DNA of 64,000 bases from Mobula hypostoma. Taxonomy: Eukaryota. The DNA is taken from positions 100,256,001 to 100,320,000 of the forward strand of contig NC_086107.1 in NCBI RefSeq assembly GCF_963921235.1, in the 5' to 3' direction. Below are positions 1 to 13,860 of this stretch, in pieces (the first letter of the stretch is position 1; every line of letters starts with the position of its first letter). The position numbers and the translations under genes are program-made. The notes beneath the pieces are model-generated. The model ran no database searches, was not told the origin of the DNA, and saw only the letters and a list, made by a program, of their open reading frames with translations.

Positions 1-741
1 CATGTGAGTTTTTTTTTCAACAGTGGCAACTGGTGAAGCACCCAGGCAACAGTTGTTGTATGGGCAGTCTCTCCCATCTCAGCTACTAAAGCTTGTAACT
101 CCTCCAGAGTTGTCACAGGTGTCTTGGTGGCCTCCCTCACTTGTCCCCTTCTTGCACAGTCACTCAGTGTTTGACGACCGTCTGCTCTAGGCAAATTTAC
201 AGCTGTGCCATATTCTTTTATTGATGATTGACTTAAATGTGCTCCAAGGGATATACAGTGACTTGGACATTTTCTTGTATCCATCTCCTAACTTGTGTTT
301 TTCAATAACTTTTTCCATGGAGTTGCTTGGAGTGTTCTTTTGCCTTCATGGTGTAGTTTTTGCCAGGATACTGACTCTCCAGTAGTTGGACCTTCCAGAT
401 ACAGGGGTATTTTTACTACAGTCAATTGAAACACCTTGACTGCACACAGGTGATCTCAATTTAACTAATTACATGACTTCTAAAACCAATTGGCTGTGTC
501 AGTGAAGAATTGATGTGTCATATTAAAGGGAGTGAATACTTATGCAATCAATTATTTTGTGTTTTGTATTTGTAATTAATTTAGATCACTTTGTAGAGAT
601 CTGTTTTCACTTTGACACCGAAGAGCCTTTTTCTGTTGATCAGTGTCAAAAAGCCAAATTAAATCCACTGTAATTCAGTGGTGTAGAACAATAAAACATG
701 AAAACTTACGGGGGGGGGGTGAATACGTTTTATAGGTATTG
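1..741 (-). mobile_element. Tc1/mariner transposon, left end with degraded transposase N-terminus (continues beyond the window)
   Basis: The minus strand from ATG at 349 reads MKAKEHSKQL..KVIEKHKLGDGYKKMSKSLYIPWSTFKSII (Tc1 paired-like HTH, frameshifted). The end ...gggtgaatacgttttataggtattg is Tc1-TIR-like and is followed by TA (742-743). Confidence 0.8.
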
Positions 742-1124
742 TATACAGGCAGTGAGGTAATGGAATTGCTGCATGGTGGAATGCAGACATCATAGATAGG
801 TTATAGAGCTGGAGGATGTTACAGAGATTAGTTTGGGGTAAGGCTATGAAGGAACTTGATAACTATATCGAGAATTTCAACAAGTAGATACCTGGAGAGT
901 GAATGCCACTGTAGGTCAGGAGATAGAGGGGTATTTGTGAACGAACACAGGCAGTAAAGTACTTAGTGAATTAAATGTGTGTGTGTTGAGGGAGACATTT
1001 TAGTGGAACATAGTCCCTCAATACTGAATGGGGAACAATTGAGGCTTGAGCTTCTTCTTGGTGGATTGTTGGTTTGATTTGGAAGCAGCACCAAAATGTT
1101 AACTCTCCTCTCTTCTGCCCGCAG

Positions 1125-1247
1125 AACCATGGTGTTGTGGGATTTTTCCGAGGAGCCGTCCCTCGTTCATTGCGGCGCTCACTCATGGCTGCCATGGCTT
1201 GGACAGTGTATGAACAGATGATGACCAAGTTGGGCCTCAAGTCATGA
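1125..1247 (+). CDS. SLC25A38: Last coding exon of the mitochondrial glycine transporter SLC25A38
   Basis: Acceptor ctctcctctcttctgcccgcag, then [40 protein letters not shown] (TGA 1245-1247). This matches the recalled SLC25A38 C-terminus ([20 protein letters not shown]). SLC25A38 lies upstream of RPSA in other vertebrates. Possible ATTAAA poly(A) signals at 1596, 1763 and 1781. Confidence 0.93.
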   Translation, partial: NHGVVGFFRGAVPRSLRRSLMAAMAWTVYEQMMTKLGLKS

Positions 1248-4200
1248 AAAGCCGGACAGTTAAAGGAAGAACCTTTGGATAACGGAGAGAAGAGACAATG
1301 TCACTGGAGTTTTGTGTGCTGAGACTTCAATAGGCTTGAAGCCTTTGAGTGTGAACAGTGATACTTTTTCTTTGGTTTAAAAAAAACTGGCTTCATAGCA
1401 GGGTGAAGTTTACACCGTTTCAACCAAGCCAGAGAATTCCTAGTAGTCATGCAGACATCCACAGTAACCTCGAGCCCTGTGCTGTTCCACTGAGGTTATG
1501 TAACAGCCAGAAGTCCCCGTTTGTAACTCTGGAACCTGCCTGACCTTTTCCCAATTGACCTTGGGACAGTGGAGATTAAGCAGCAAAAGAAGGTTATTAA
1601 AATACTGCAGTCAATACCATTTGACGGAAACCGTGCGTCACTCCTATTGATTGTGACCAAGCCCAGTTAACGGACAGAACAGAGGAGTATTTGTCCTTGT
1701 GTGAGATAAGAATGCAGAGATCACTGTGCCAATTGATCTATTTAAATTTTCACTTTTCCTGCATTAAAGAATCATGCTTTATTAAAGAGTACATGTGTAT
1801 GAATGCAGCGTCCTCTGACATGCCCAGTCATTCACATCAGGAATCCACAGTGTTAGGTGAATTAACTAGTGTTAGGCTGCTATTGCCTGCTGATCCCTGA
1901 ATGGAGACATGGAGAAAAATGCACCTGTTTCCTGCCAGTTAACGTTTTCTGATCCTGTCCTCTACTTATACAAGTGTGTTGGTTGTAGGATTGTCTGTAC
2001 GGATATCAGGCTCTCTAATGAAGAGCAGATGTTTGGGACGAGAAGATACTTGGTCACTCAAGGATGAGGCTGTATCATCAATGACTGCTGAGGGGTATGG
2101 AAGATGTAGTTGTGGTAGAGGTTGGATGGGTTAGTCTCTCGTACATTGTACCACTATTTTAGCATGGTGAGCACAGGAGGCCACATTCATCATTTTTATT
2201 GTGGCAGACGGTCTGATGCACAGAGGTTCATCCCTCTGATTCAAGGGCAGTTACTCTCTATCCTTCCTCCTCCCCACTTCCAAAGTACTTAACCAGAGGT
2301 CAGCAGCTCTCCCCACCCCAAAGGTTTTTTTGAAGAGTTCTAACTTTAGATTCTTGTAATTCACTCCACTCCTGCCCCAAAGCTTGGTCTTCAATGAATA
2401 GCCTGCTTTCTGAACCTACAATTTCATTTTCTTTGCTAACACTCCTTCACCTAACACTTGCCCAGAAGATTCCCACGCAGGTTTCTTGTCCCTGGGCCGG
2501 GACAACACAGAGAATCATGTTGCTTCAGTCAGACTTGGGCTGAGAGTGACAAGCGGTGGAAAACACCAAGCAGAGACCATAGACAGCAGAGTTCAGATGG
2601 AGAAGATTCAGTTTTTATCTTTGCAAATGGTGTGTTCTTATTTCATAATAATTAATCTGAATGGCATGGTGCTGAATTATGAATTCCACTACTGTTGTGC
2701 TGACTGGGAAGAGGGAAGTGGAATTATAATTGTTGCTGTGTGAGACATTTTAACTGTAGTTAATAGACTTTGGAGTATTATAGTGTTCCAGTGTGATGCA
2801 GAATGAAAGGTTCTTTTGATTGGAATCTGCTTCATCTGGTTTGGCGCCAGTGCTGGAGTGGTAGCCGACACAGAGATGGAGTGCCAACAGTGAGGGGGAG
2901 AGCAGTACTAGTGAGGGGAGGGGGTGAACTGGGGTGGGGTGGCAAAAAAGATATTGCCTGTGAGGTATTCTATAGGTGAGCGTAGGAGTAGCATAATTGA
3001 CAATAATATGGCATCACTGAGGAGACTGAGTTGCTCTTCAACGTAGTCCAGTTTTGACCTTTTAGAGGTGTGACCTTCCTGCCGTGTGTCATATCTCATG
3101 AACCTGTCTACTCCAATCCACGAACATCCAAGCAGCCCCCAGCTGATGCATGCCTTGTGTTCCTTATACTCGGGGTAAAGCGATGAGTCTGGTAGATGGG
3201 AGTGGGCTGCTTTTGGTACTGTTGCAGGTTAGGAACACCAAAACTTTGTACTAAACTTTTATTTCAATGCTGCCTCTGGGCTCCAAAATGGTCCTGCAAG
3301 TCAAAAGCTTCACAATGGGATGATGTAATGGTTTTAGCACCTCTTAAATCCTTGTTAAGTAATACTAATGTAGTGAGTCCCATTAAACCAACCCTAGGTA
3401 TTTTGTTATCCTGCACTGTGAATATTTGGTTTATTCTTGGATGGTTGTTGAACTTGATTCCAATCACCAACCCCAGCCTTCCCAAGCTCACCTGGTCAAC
3501 TATCAGTGAAGTGAGCCTGATGCCATGGGAGCTGCATGACTGAGCCTTCTGGACCTCTGTGAGGCTGCTGAGGACATTAATGCACCCAAACTAATCCTGA
3601 TCAGTACTGTCACTCAACAAACACATCTGTAACTCATGTCGTTTTAAAGATTGTTGATTCTAATGTTCAACATGTCTCGTCGTAATGTTGAATAAAAACA
3701 AAATGTGCAATAATTGTCTTTGGGATAATAAATGTGACAAAAGCAAAGGACTGCAGCTGTTGAAAATCAGAAATAAAACTATAAAATGCTGAAAATATCG
3801 GATACATTTTTGGAGAATTATTGTTCCAAGTGAGTAATCTTTGATCAGAAATGTTCACTGTTTCTTAATACTACCTGACCCGTGAGTATTTTCAGCAACT
3901 TAGATGTTTATATCAGTGAGTGAAATGAGTTGCTTAATGTCAATACAATGAAGCTGAAGGACAAGTCAGCCATTCTTATATGATCTTGCTGCAATTTCAA
4001 TATTAGGGATTGCCCCTGCTACTCTTGTCTCAAGCACTCTACTGGTGAAACTTACTTGCAACAAAGCTTAATTAGATAGGGCTCTAAAAAATGTCCTGGG
4101 GGAAGAAGATAAATGTAACCATATCTGACTTTCTTTCCCTCTACAACAATACAAAGATATTGGCAGTGCTGAATAATCCCAATTTAAATTTGGTGTATGA

Positions 4201-5088
4201 ACGGATTTGACTGATGTGTAGATGAATTGAAGTAATCATGTGCTATCCACCCTTCACCCTCTGCATCGTTGTGCAATAGCACCATATTGCCAAGAGCCCA
4301 AGGTTCAGTTGACAGAAGTAGGTCACAGGCCCATTAAAGAACGTTCAGATAATCTATTACTAGAAAGTATAGCCTTGGACTGGGCAGCAATCAGCCTTTT
4401 ATGCTGACTTCTCAATTGCAACACTCAAAAGCCAGGTTGAGGACACCTGAAAAAGTAATTTCTTGTAAACGGTATTGGGTGTAGATGAATGGGGGATTTT
4501 AGGGAGCTGTCTACGTGAAATCCGAGAGTTAATCTTACAAAGAAGGTTCAATTTAATGTCAGAGAAATGTATCCAATATACATGCTGAAGTTCTTCAATT
4601 GGATGTGAGAAAGCAAACGACCTGCTTTAATCCTCTGGCTTCACTGAGAACCTAATGCTGCCCTAACCCAGTGATCCCCTATCATCGGGATGAAAGTGAC
4701 TTTTTCTCTACTCTCTTGCAGTTCCTTTACTGGGCTAAGGAGCAGTATCACAGGAACAGATTAGAATCCTGATTGCTTTCAAAGCCGAAGTATCAAAAGT
4801 CAAATTTCTTGTCATATGCACGAGTGTATGTATGCACAGCTGCAACGAAAAACTTACCTGCAGAAACACACAGCATTAGAAACACAAAATTCACTGGAAA
4901 CATAAATTACACAAAAGAACAGGATTAGAACAATACAGGTCTATTTAGAGGTATGTTGCTGTGCTAAGGTAGTAATTAGGTTGTGCAGGTTGGTTTAACA
5001 ACCTAATGGGCACAAGGTAAATGTTAATGTGGCAAGAATGAATTTGTCTGGAAATCTAATTTCAGTAAAATAACTATCTCTGTCCCTT

Positions 5089-6488
5089 CAAGCAACACAT
5101 AAAAGTTGCTGGTGAACGCAGCAGGCCAGGCAGCATCTATAGGAAGAGGTGCAGTCGACGTTTCAGGCCGAGACCCCTCGTCAGGACTAACCGAAGGAAG
5201 AGTGAGTAAGGGATTTGAAAGTTGGAGGGGGAGATGGAGATCCAAAATGATAGGAGAAGACAGGAAGGGGAGGGATGGAGCCAAGAGCTGGACAGGTGAT
5301 AGGCAAAAGGGATACAAGAGGATCACGGGACAGGAGGTCCAGGAAGAAAGACAAGGGGGGGGGGACCCAGAGGATGGGCAAGAGGTATATTCAGAGGGAC
5401 AGAGGGAGAAAAAGGAGAGTGAGAGAAAGAATGTGTGTATAAAAATAAGTAACAGAAGGGGTACGAGGGGGAGGTGGGGCATTAGCGGAAGTTAGAGAAG
5501 TCGATGTTCATGCCATCAGGTTGGAGGCTACCCAGACGGAATATAAGGTGTTGTTCCTCCAACCTGAGTGTGGCTTCATCTTTACAGTAGAGGAGGCCGT
5601 GGATAGACATGTCAGAATGGGAATGGGATGTGGAATTAAAATGTGTGGCCACTGGGAGATCCTGCTTTCTCTGGCGGACAGAGCGTAGATGTTCAGCAAA
5701 GCGGTCTCCCAGTCTGCGTCGGGTCTCGCCAATATATAGAAGGCCACATCGGGAGCACTGGACGCAGTATATCACCCCAGCCGACTCACAGGTGAAGTGT
5801 TGCCTCACCTGAAAGGACTGTTTGGGGCCCTGAATGGTGGTAAGGGAGGAAGTGTAAGGGCATGTGTAGCACTTGTTCCGCTTACACGGATAAGTGCCAG
5901 GAGGGAGATCAGTGGGGAGGGATGGGGGGACGAATGGACAAGGGAGTTGCGTAGGGAGCGATCCCTGCAGAACGCAGAGAGAGGTGGGGAGGGAAAGATG
6001 TGCTTAGTGGTGGGATCCCGTTGGAGGTGGCGGAAGTTACAGAGAATAATATGTTGGACCCGGAGGCTGGTGGGGTGGTAGGTGAGGACCAGGGGAACCC
6101 TATTCCTAGTGAGGTGGCGGGAGGATGGAGTGAGAGCAGATGTACGTGAAATGGGGGAGATGCGTTTAAGAGCAGAGTTGATAGTGGAGGAAGGAAGCCC
6201 CTTTCTTTAAAAAAAGGAAGACATCCCCCTCGTCCTAGAATGAAAAGCCTCATCCTGAGAGCAGATGCGGCGGAGACGGAGGAATTGCGAGAAGGGGATG
6301 GCTTTTTTTGCAAGAGACAGGGTGAGAAGAGGAATAGTCCAGATAGCTGTGAGAGTCAGTAGGCTTATAGTAGACATCAGTGGATAAACTGTCTCCAGAG
6401 ACAGAGACAGAAAGATCTAGAAAGGGGAGGGAGGTGTCGGAAATGGACCAGGTAAACTTGAGGGCAGGGTGAAAGTTGGAGGCAAAGT
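5089..6488 (-). mobile_element. Penelope-like retroelement, 5'-truncated, with GIY-YIG endonuclease and 14-bp TSD
   Basis: ORF 5482-5808 VIYCVQCSRCGLLYIGETRRRLGDRFAEH is a GIY-YIG domain, with RT thumb remnants upstream. TSD TATCTCTGTCCCTT at 5075-5088 and 6489-6502. Confidence 0.92.
5153..5188 (-). ncRNA. Minimal type I hammerhead ribozyme motif in the Penelope terminal repeat
   Basis: Minus strand AGTC-CTGACGA-GGGGTCTCGGCCT-GAAA-CGTC-GACT: stem I AGUC/GACU, core CUGANGA and GAAA, GUC cleavage triplet, palindromic ACGU stem III. Confidence 0.7.
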
Positions 6489-6845
6489 TATCTCTGTCCC
6501 TTACTAGTTCACTAATATAACCAAGCCCCTTATATCATAGCTGTTGTAACACCATTCTCCTCTTTGTTAAATCTCAGCTCTTGTTTCACTTTAATCCTGC
6601 CTCTCCCCATCATCAGCTGCTGTAGCAAGTCTTGTGTCAGGGCCTCATGTCCCTGTTCTGCTCCCGCTGTGTCACTGTAATGGGCTTTGCTCAGTATCAG
6701 AAAAGAGTGAAAAAGCATTTTACATCACAAATGCCACATTGGATAAAGTAGTAATTGTTTCTGAATAATCTGCACTTCGAAATATTCTAACAGCATAACA
6801 ATGGAGATTTTCTCCTGTAATGATGTTGGCTAACAATAAATGTGA

Positions 6846-7988
6846 AACATAGAAACATAGAAAATAGGTGCAGGAGTAGGCCATTCGGCCCTTCGAGCCT
6901 GCACTGCCATTCAGTATGATCATGGCTGATCATCCAACTCAGAACCCTGTACCTGCCTTCTCTCCATACCCCCGATCCCCTCAGCCACAAGGGCCATATC
7001 TAACTCCCTTTTAAATATAGCCGATGAACTGGCCTCAACTGTTTCCTGTGGCAGAGAATTCCATAGATTCACCACTGTGTGAAGAAGTTTTTCCTCATCT
7101 CGATCCTAAAAGGCTTCCCCTTTATCCGTAAACTGTGACCCTTCGTTCTGGACTTCCCCAACATCGGGAACAATCTTCCTGCATCTAGCCTGTCCAATCC
7201 CTTTAGGATTTTATACGTTTCAATAAGATCCCCCCTCAATCTTCTAAATTCCAATGAGTATAAGCCTAGTTGATCCAGTCTTTCATCATATGGAAGTCCT
7301 GCCATCCCAGGAATTAATCTGGTGAACCTTCTTTGTACTCCCTCTATGGCAAGAATGACTTTCCTCAGATTAGGGGACCAAAACTGCACACAATACTCCA
7401 GCTGTGGTCTCACTAAGGCCTTGTACAACCGCAGTCGTACCTCCCTGCTCCTGTACTCGAACCCTCTTGCTATGAATGCCAGCATACCATTTGCCTTTTT
7501 CACCGCCTGCTGTACCTGCATGCCCACTTTCAATGACTGGTGTATAATAACACCCAGGTCTCGTTGCACTTCCCCTTTTCCTAATCGGCCACCATTCAGA
7601 TAATAATCTGTTTTCCTGTTTTTGCCACCAAAGTGGATAACCTCACACTTATCCACATTAAATTGCACCTGCCATGAATTTGCCCACTCACCTAACCTAT
7701 CCAAGTCACCCTGCATCCTCTTAGCATCCTCCTCACAGCTAACACTGCCGCCCAACTTCGTGTCATCCACAAACTTGGAGATGCTGCATTTAATTCCCTC
7801 ATCTAAGTCATTAATATATATTTATAAACAACTGGGGTCCCATCACTGAGCCTTGCGGTACCCCACTAGTCACTGCCTGCCATCCTGAAAAAGTCCCATT
7901 TATTCCCACTCTTTGCTTCCTGTCTGCCAACCATCTACATCAATATCTCTATCCACATCAATACCATACCCCCAATACCGTGTGCTTT
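6846..7988 (-). mobile_element. CR1 LINE 3' fragment (RT C-terminus and tail)
   Basis: ORF 7069-7770 DDTKLGG...LEYCVQFWSP...RRLRGDLIETYKI; (tttctatg)n tail at about 6846-6862. Confidence 0.92.
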
Positions 7989-8135
7989 AGTCATAGTCAT
8001 AGTCATACTTTATTGATCCCGAGGGAAATTGGGTTTTGTTACAGTTGCACCAACCAAGAATAGAGTATAGATATAGCAATACAAAACCATAAATAATTAA
8101 ATAATAATATGTAAATTATGCCAGGAAATAAGTCC
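7989..8135 (-). mobile_element. Short LINE 3'-tail fragment (Rex/L2-like) between two CR1 pieces
   Basis: (agtcat)3 microsatellite tail plus AATAAA on the minus strand; interrupts CR1 homology. Confidence 0.55.
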
Positions 8136-10938
8136 GTTGCATCTGAGAACTTTGAATTCTCTCCCCATTTAAATAATAGTCTGCCCATTTATTTCCTCTG
8201 CCAAAGTGCATAACCATACACTTTCCAACATTGTATTTTATTTGGCACTTCTTTGCCCATCCTTCCAATCTATCCAAGTCTCTCTGCAGACTCTCTGTTT
8301 CCTCAGCATTACCAGCCTCTCCACCTAACTTCGTATCATCAGCAAACTTAGCCACAAAGCCATCTATTCCATAATCCAAATTGTTGATGTACAACGTAAA
8401 AAGAAGGGGCCCCAACATGGACCCCTGTGGAACACCACTGGTAACCGACAGCCAACCAGAATAGGATCCCTTTATTCCCACTCTCTGTTTTCTGCCAATC
8501 AGCCAATGCTCTATCCACGTATGTAACTTTCCTGTAATTCCATGTGTTCTTATCTTGTTAAGTAACCTCATGTGTGGCACCTTGTCAAAGGCCTTCTGAA
8601 AATCCAAATATACAACATCCACTGCATCTCCCTTGTCTAGCCTACTTGTAATTTCCTCAAAAATTGTAATAAGTTTGTCAGGCAGGATTTTCCTTTAAGG
8701 AATCCCATGCTGAGTTCTGCCTATCATATGCCTCCAGGTACTCTGTAACCTCATCCTTGACAATCGACTCCAACAACTTCCCAACCACCGATGTCAAGCT
8801 AACAGGTCTATAATTTCCTTTTTGCTTCCTTGCCCCCTTCTTAAATAGCGGAGTGACATTTGCAATTTTCCAGTCCTCTGGAACCATGCCAGAATCTATC
8901 GACTTTTGAAAGATTGTCGCTAATACCTCCGCAATCTCCACAGCTACTTCCTTCAGAACACGAGGGTGCATTCCATCTGGTCCGGGAGATTTATCTACCT
9001 TTAGACTATTCAGCTTCCTGAGTACTTTCTCTGTCGTAATTGTGACCGCGCACACTTCTCTTCCCTGCCACCCTTGAGTGTCCGGTATACTGCTGATGTC
9101 TTCTTCAGTGAAGACTGATGCAAAATACTCGTTCAGTTCCTCCGCTATCTCCTTATCTCCCATTACAATTTCTCCAGCATCATTTTCTATCGGTCCTATA
9201 TCTACTCTCACCTGTCCTTTACTCCTTATATACTTGAAAAGGCTTTTAGTATCCTCTTTGATATTATTTGCTAGCTTCCTTTCATAGTTAATCTTTTCCC
9301 TCTTAATGACCTTCTTAGTTTCCTTTTGTAAGCTTTTAAAAATTCCCAATCCTCTGTCTTCCCACTAATTTTTGCTTCCTTGTATGCCCTCTCCTTTGCT
9401 TTAACTTTGGCTTTGACTTCTCTTGTCAGCCACGATTGCATCATTTTTCCATTCGAAAATTTCTTCTTTTTTGGAATATACCTGTCTTGCACCTTCCTCA
9501 CTTCTCGCGTAAACTCCAGCCACTGCTGCTCTGCCGTCTTTCCCGTCAGTGTCCCTTTCCAGTCAACTTTGGCCAGTTCCTCTTTCATGCCACTATAATT
9601 TCTTTTACTCCACTGAAATACCGACACATCAGATTTTGGTTTCTCTTTTTCAAATTTCACAGCGAACTCAATCATGTTATCATCACTGCCTCCTAAGGGT
9701 TCCTTCACCTCAATCTCTCCAATCACCCCTGGTTCATTGCACAATACCCAATCCAGCAGTACAGCCGATCCCCTAGTGGGCTCAACAACAAGCTGTTCTA
9801 AAAAGCCATCTTGCAGACATTCTACAAATTCTCTCTCTTGAGATCCAGTGCCGACCTGATTTTCCCAATCCACTTGCATGTTAAAATCCCCCACAATTAT
9901 CATAACACTGCCCTTCTGACAAGCTTTTTCTATTTCCTGTTGTAATTTGTAGTCCACATCACTGCAGCTGTTTGGAGGCCTGTATACATCTGCCATCAGG
10001 GTCCTTTTACCCCTGCAATTTCTTAGCTCAACCCATAAAGATTCTGCACCTTCCGATCCTATGTCACCTCTTTCTAATTATTTAATATCATTTTTTACCA
10101 ATAAAGCCACGCCTCCCCCTCTGCCTACCTTCCTATCCTTCCGATACACCATGTATCCTTGGACGTCCAGCTCCCAGAGACATGCATCCTTTAGCCACGT
10201 CTCAGTGATGGCCAAAATATCGTACCTGCCAATCTGTAGCTGTACGACAAGATCATCCACTTTACTCCATATGCTGTGTGCATTTAAGTATAACACCTTA
10301 AGACCAGTATTTGGTACTTTTTGCTTTGATTTCACTGCAACGTTATTGCACTGCAACTCATCCCAATGGCTACAAATTTGCCCCATCACCTGCCTGTCTT
10401 TCCTGACATCTTTATTGCTTACTACCTTAGATTTATTTCTGTTTTCCCCTTCCTCCGCTCTATCATTTCGGTTCCCATCCCCTGCCAAATTAGTTTAAAC
10501 CCTCCCTAACAGCTATATTAAACCTTCCCGCCAGGATATTGGTTCCCTTCAGGTTCAGGTGTAACCTGTCCATTTTGAACAGGTCATACTTCCCCCAGAA
10601 GAGATCCCAATGATCCAAGAATCTGAAGCCCTGCCCCCTGCACCAGCCTCTCAGCCACGCATTCATCTGCTTGACCCTACTATTCTTGCCCTTGCTAGCA
10701 CATGGCACAGGTAGCAATCCCAAGATTACTACCCTGGAGGTCCTGCTTCTCAGCTTCCTTCCTAACTCCCAGAAATCTCTCTTCAGGACCTCTTCCCTTA
10801 TCCTATCTATGTCATTGGTACCAACATGTACCAAGACAACTGGCTGCTCGCCCTCTCCCTTCAGAATATTCTGGACCCAATACGAGACATTCTGTACCCT
10901 GGCACCTGGGAGGCAACACACCATGCGGGTACCTCTAT
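8136..10938 (-). mobile_element. CR1 LINE with ORF1 (SGNH esterase) and ORF2 endonuclease-RT, frameshifted, 3' end missing
   Basis: ORF1 motifs HVGTNDI and DRLHLNLKG. Endonuclease motifs LYLNAHSI, AITETWL, VYRPPN, GDFN. RT motifs NYRPVSLTSV, YLDFQKAFDKVPH, SGVPQGS, FADDTK. Confidence 0.93.
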
Positions 10939-11234
10939 CAGATTCACAGAATCTCGGAGGCTTTTTCCCAGGGCTAAAGTGGCTAACATGAGAGGGCACA
11001 GTTTTAAGGTGCTTGGAAGTAGGTACACAGGAGATGTCAGGGGCAAGCTTTTTATGCAGAAGGTGGTGAGGGTGTGGAATGGGCTGCCGGTGACGGTGGT
11101 GGAGGCAGATATGATAGGGTCTTTTAAGAGACTCCTGGATAGATACATGCAACTTAGAAAAATAGAGGGCTATGGGTAATCCTAGGTAATTTCTAAAGGG
11201 CTTGTATTGTGGTTTAGGCTTTCTATGTTTCTAT
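10939..11234 (+). mobile_element. CR1 3'-end fragment, opposite orientation
   Basis: LFPRAKVANMRGHSFKV...VRVWNGLP and tttctatgtttctat tail. Confidence 0.8.
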
Positions 11235-11671
11235 CGAACCAAGATTGTGTGAATCAGCTTTTAATGGTCAGTTTTTCAGTTAGTACAAGGGGCTGTTAAG
11301 ACCTGAATCCGTGTTTAAAAGTAGGTAATAAAAAGAACATTTCCCCTCTGCTGCCAATTAATTTATTGGAAAAAATAACTGATGTTCCAGCCCTTAGGCA
11401 CAGAATGTCTCATGAATAGTATTACGTGCAAAAATCCAATTCAAAAACACAAGGAAGCTATTGTATGAAATTGAACTATTGCTTCAAGCAAAAGTTATTG
11501 CTATAAATACCCCAAGGAGGATGTGATGTCTCACAAAAATTGCCGAAATTATGAAACACATGTTAAGGATGATAAGATTGAATTTAATAAAAAGCATCGC
11601 CTCGAACATAAAGCTCAACAGATCAGAACCAGCCTTCTTATCAGTGGCATAGGTTGTGAAATTTGTTACGA

Positions 11672-11805
11672 ACACAGGAGATTCTGCAGATGCTGGAAAT
11701 CTCGAGCAACACACACACACAATACTGGAGGAATCGGCAAGTCAGGCAGCTCCTATGGAGAGGAGTAAGCAATTGATATTTTGAGCCAAGACCCTAATCA
11801 GAACA
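11672..11805 (-). repeat. Penelope terminal-repeat-derived short element (degraded)
   Basis: cacaggagattctgcagatgctggaaatc...caggcagc resembles the termini of the Penelope-like elements at 5089 and 24603. Confidence 0.65.
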
Positions 11806-12205
11806 CTGCCATTCCTTTGCCAGCTCTTCCAACCTGTCCAAATCCTTTTGCAGATTACCTGTCTCCCTAACACTACCTGAATCTCCACTTGTCTTTGTAT
11901 TGTCTGCAAACTTGACCACAATGACATCATTAGACAATTAACATATAAAGTGAAAAGTTGTGGTCCCAACACTGACCCATGTGGAACTCCACTAGCTACT
12001 GGCAGCCATCCTGAAAAGACCCCCCCCCCATCCCCACTCTCTATCTTCTGCAGTCAGACAATCTTTTATCCATGCCCTTGCCTCTAACACCAAGGGTCTT
12101 ATTGAGTAGTCTCTTATGCAGAACCTTCCCAACAACCTTCTGAAAATCCATGTAAGTAACTTCCACAAGCTCTCCTTTATCTAACCTGTGTGTTACCTCC
12201 TCAAA
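11806..12205 (-). mobile_element. Degraded CR1 RT fragment
   Basis: Remnants FEEVT..LDKGELVEVTYMDFQK and LGPQLFTLYVN. Confidence 0.8.
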
Positions 12206-13629
12206 GCTTTGGAGCGATGAGAAGAAATTATTTAAGAGGAAGGCATCATAGAAGGAAAAGCTTAATAGACCAATAAGGGAAAAGTGATTAGAAGAATCTG
12301 TAAATAGGGTCATCTGAGGAATGGTGGAGAAAACTCACGTGGAACACAAAAAAGTAGAAGAGATGAGTTGAAATATAAGCCCTGTATCTGTATTGTACAT
12401 TCCGTATGAAGTGTGTATAAATCTTCCGACAGATCTTGGATTTACATATCTCTAACTAAGAGACAGGAGAGATTCCATTTGAGCCTCTGTTATATCTGAT
12501 TTCAACAGTTACACTGCATGTGAATGTCGGCCAGGATCATGACGAGAGTCTTAGTGACAGTCTCCAAGTTTAATTATCAGGCTGACATTATGAAGATGTA
12601 CTTATACTTTATACTTTACACCCAGAACAATCTGTTATATAATAGGCTTGAAGATGTTATATAATAGGCCAAGAGAGTGTCGTTGACCCACTTGATTTAT
12701 TGCAATGTTGTTGACCCTTAAATGCTTCCTTCGTTCCACTGACAATAACCATCTGCATTGCCAGTGATGTCCACATCCCATGGATAAACAAATTTCTCCT
12801 CGTCCCAAAGAAATCAAAGATGAAAAGCAGTTAAGAACAGCCACTTAAGTGCAGTTCCACACAAAAAAAATTGCATACAGAATGCATGCAGTGCCTTTTA
12901 TGAACTTCATGCAATAGTGACTGTTGCAAGAGAGGCAGAGAAGAGATATTTTGAAACATGGATTTTTGGAAATGGTTGAAATGCAAATAAACAAGATGGT
13001 AATTCATAGAACAGTTTGTTGTTTCCTTAAGAGATTGAACACTTTGAAGCAGGACTCCAACTGGCAGGCATTCAAGATCAGCTGATGCATGTCACAAGTG
13101 TGGCTGGTGAATTAGTTTATCAGCTAGTCCCCAGACATAGGCACGGGATCAGAGGTTTGTAAAGGAAGCATATAAATGGAACAACCTTGCTTGAATTACT
13201 GTGCAAATTAACTAGAGAGACTATGAAGAGAAGGACTGAAGAAAAAACAGATCTTTAATTACTCATTCTAAAACCCTAATTAGCTTAAAGTGCCTAGGCA
13301 AACTTCATTGAGATATAATGTGGTGTATTAAGCAGAGAAAGAAAGAAGAATTTGAAATTAAGGACAACCCCCACATTATAACCACTTAGGTCATGGAAAC
13401 ATGTCTTTAAATAATTCACAATTGACTACCAAAAATTTGCTATATGGAATAAAATTCATTCTTTTACAAATGTAGAATTTATGTGAGAAAAGGTAAATAA
13501 ATAAATACAAAATTCATATTTTTCAACTTGGATTTCTTGACACCTGCAGAAACGTCACAGCTTCACATGACAGAAAATCCTGATGCAGTCCATCTTCTAG
13601 AAACGCACCCACCTCCCCATAGCCTGCAT

Positions 13630-13860
13630 GCAGCTGTTTTCATAAATTCAGAAAACCTCAAGGTGCTACACCAAACAAAGTTATTTTGATAAGAGGTTAC
13701 TGAGTTTCTATTGTAATATAGGTATAACAACCTGATAACCTGTTTTAGTGATCTGGTCTGAGGAATATTGATTAGGGTATCAGAATGATCTCTGCCTCCT
13801 TTCTTCAAAATAGGGCAAAAAGAGCCTCATACATCCATCTGAGAGAATAGACAATCTAAC
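13630..13860 (-). mobile_element. Ancient Deu-domain SINE relic (AmnSINE1/SacSINE1-like)
   Basis: Minus strand GGATGTA...CTATTTTGAAGAA...AATATTCCTCAGACC...ATCACTAAAACAGGTTATC resembles the recalled Deu-domain consensus; heavily diverged. Confidence 0.5.

Noticed and set aside
5024..5495. 152-aa and 129-aa ORFs
   Set aside because: Low-complexity frames across the Penelope 3' region.
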